DNA of 62,849 nt, the filler included, from Octopus bimaculoides (taxonomy: Eukaryota), in the NCBI RefSeq assembly GCF_001194135.2. It is 4 parts of 4 records of this genome, joined end to end, with 100 filler letters (N's around TTAATTAATTAA, not from the genome) between each part and the next. Parts side by side here need not be neighbours in the genome. Positions count along the whole stretch, not along the records: positions 56,354 to 62,849 come from NC_069004.1; 3 more parts are not named here. One strand, 5' to 3'. Both the position numbers and the translations under genes were made by a program. Below the pieces are notes generated by a model. That model was not told the origin of the DNA and ran no database searches. It saw only the letters and a program-made list of their open reading frames with translations. Position 1 is the first letter of the stretch, and every line of letters begins with the position of its first letter. Of this stretch, positions 62,756 through 62,849 are shown one piece after another.

Positions 62756-62813
62756 TTTTTGTAATGTCCCTTCATACGACGCCTCTACGTCGTATGAAGG
62801 GACATTACAAAAA
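62756..62813. repeat. Perfect 26-bp hairpin with a 6-nt loop near the window end
   Basis: TTTTTGTAATGTCCCTTCATACGACG-CCTCTA-CGTCGTATGAAGGGACATTACAAAAA. Confidence 0.9.
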
Positions 62814-62849
62814 TTCAGGCTACATATATATATAATATGTATATATATA

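Overview
AT-rich, microsatellite-dense, gapped animal genomic DNA. The SINE families present point to an octopus (cephalopod) scaffold; this is an inference. Only one credible host exon is visible: 41165-41288 (-), a 41-aa juxtamembrane exon of a natriuretic-peptide-receptor-type guanylyl cyclase, so the rest of the window is probably intron. That intronic space holds four tRNA-derived SINE families (A-D, my labels), decayed LINEs (HERO, R4/Dong, Tx1/L1, CR1/L2, RTE-like), Penelope-like element (PLE) remnants, Helitrons, Helentron-associated elements, a mariner end and MITEs. Nearly all long ORFs in the supplied track are microsatellite or N-gap artefacts. The most interesting signal is a set of minimal type I hammerhead ribozymes. 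One lies in a composite tRNA-head + (AAT)n + hammerhead SINE with a PLE-like head-to-head inverted 5' structure (49691-50030). A second, mutated copy of that module is at 55111-55252, an unrelated intact solo hammerhead is 295 bp from the exon (41583-41638), and a degenerate one lies downstream of a GIY-YIG PLE fragment. No database search or folding computation was run.
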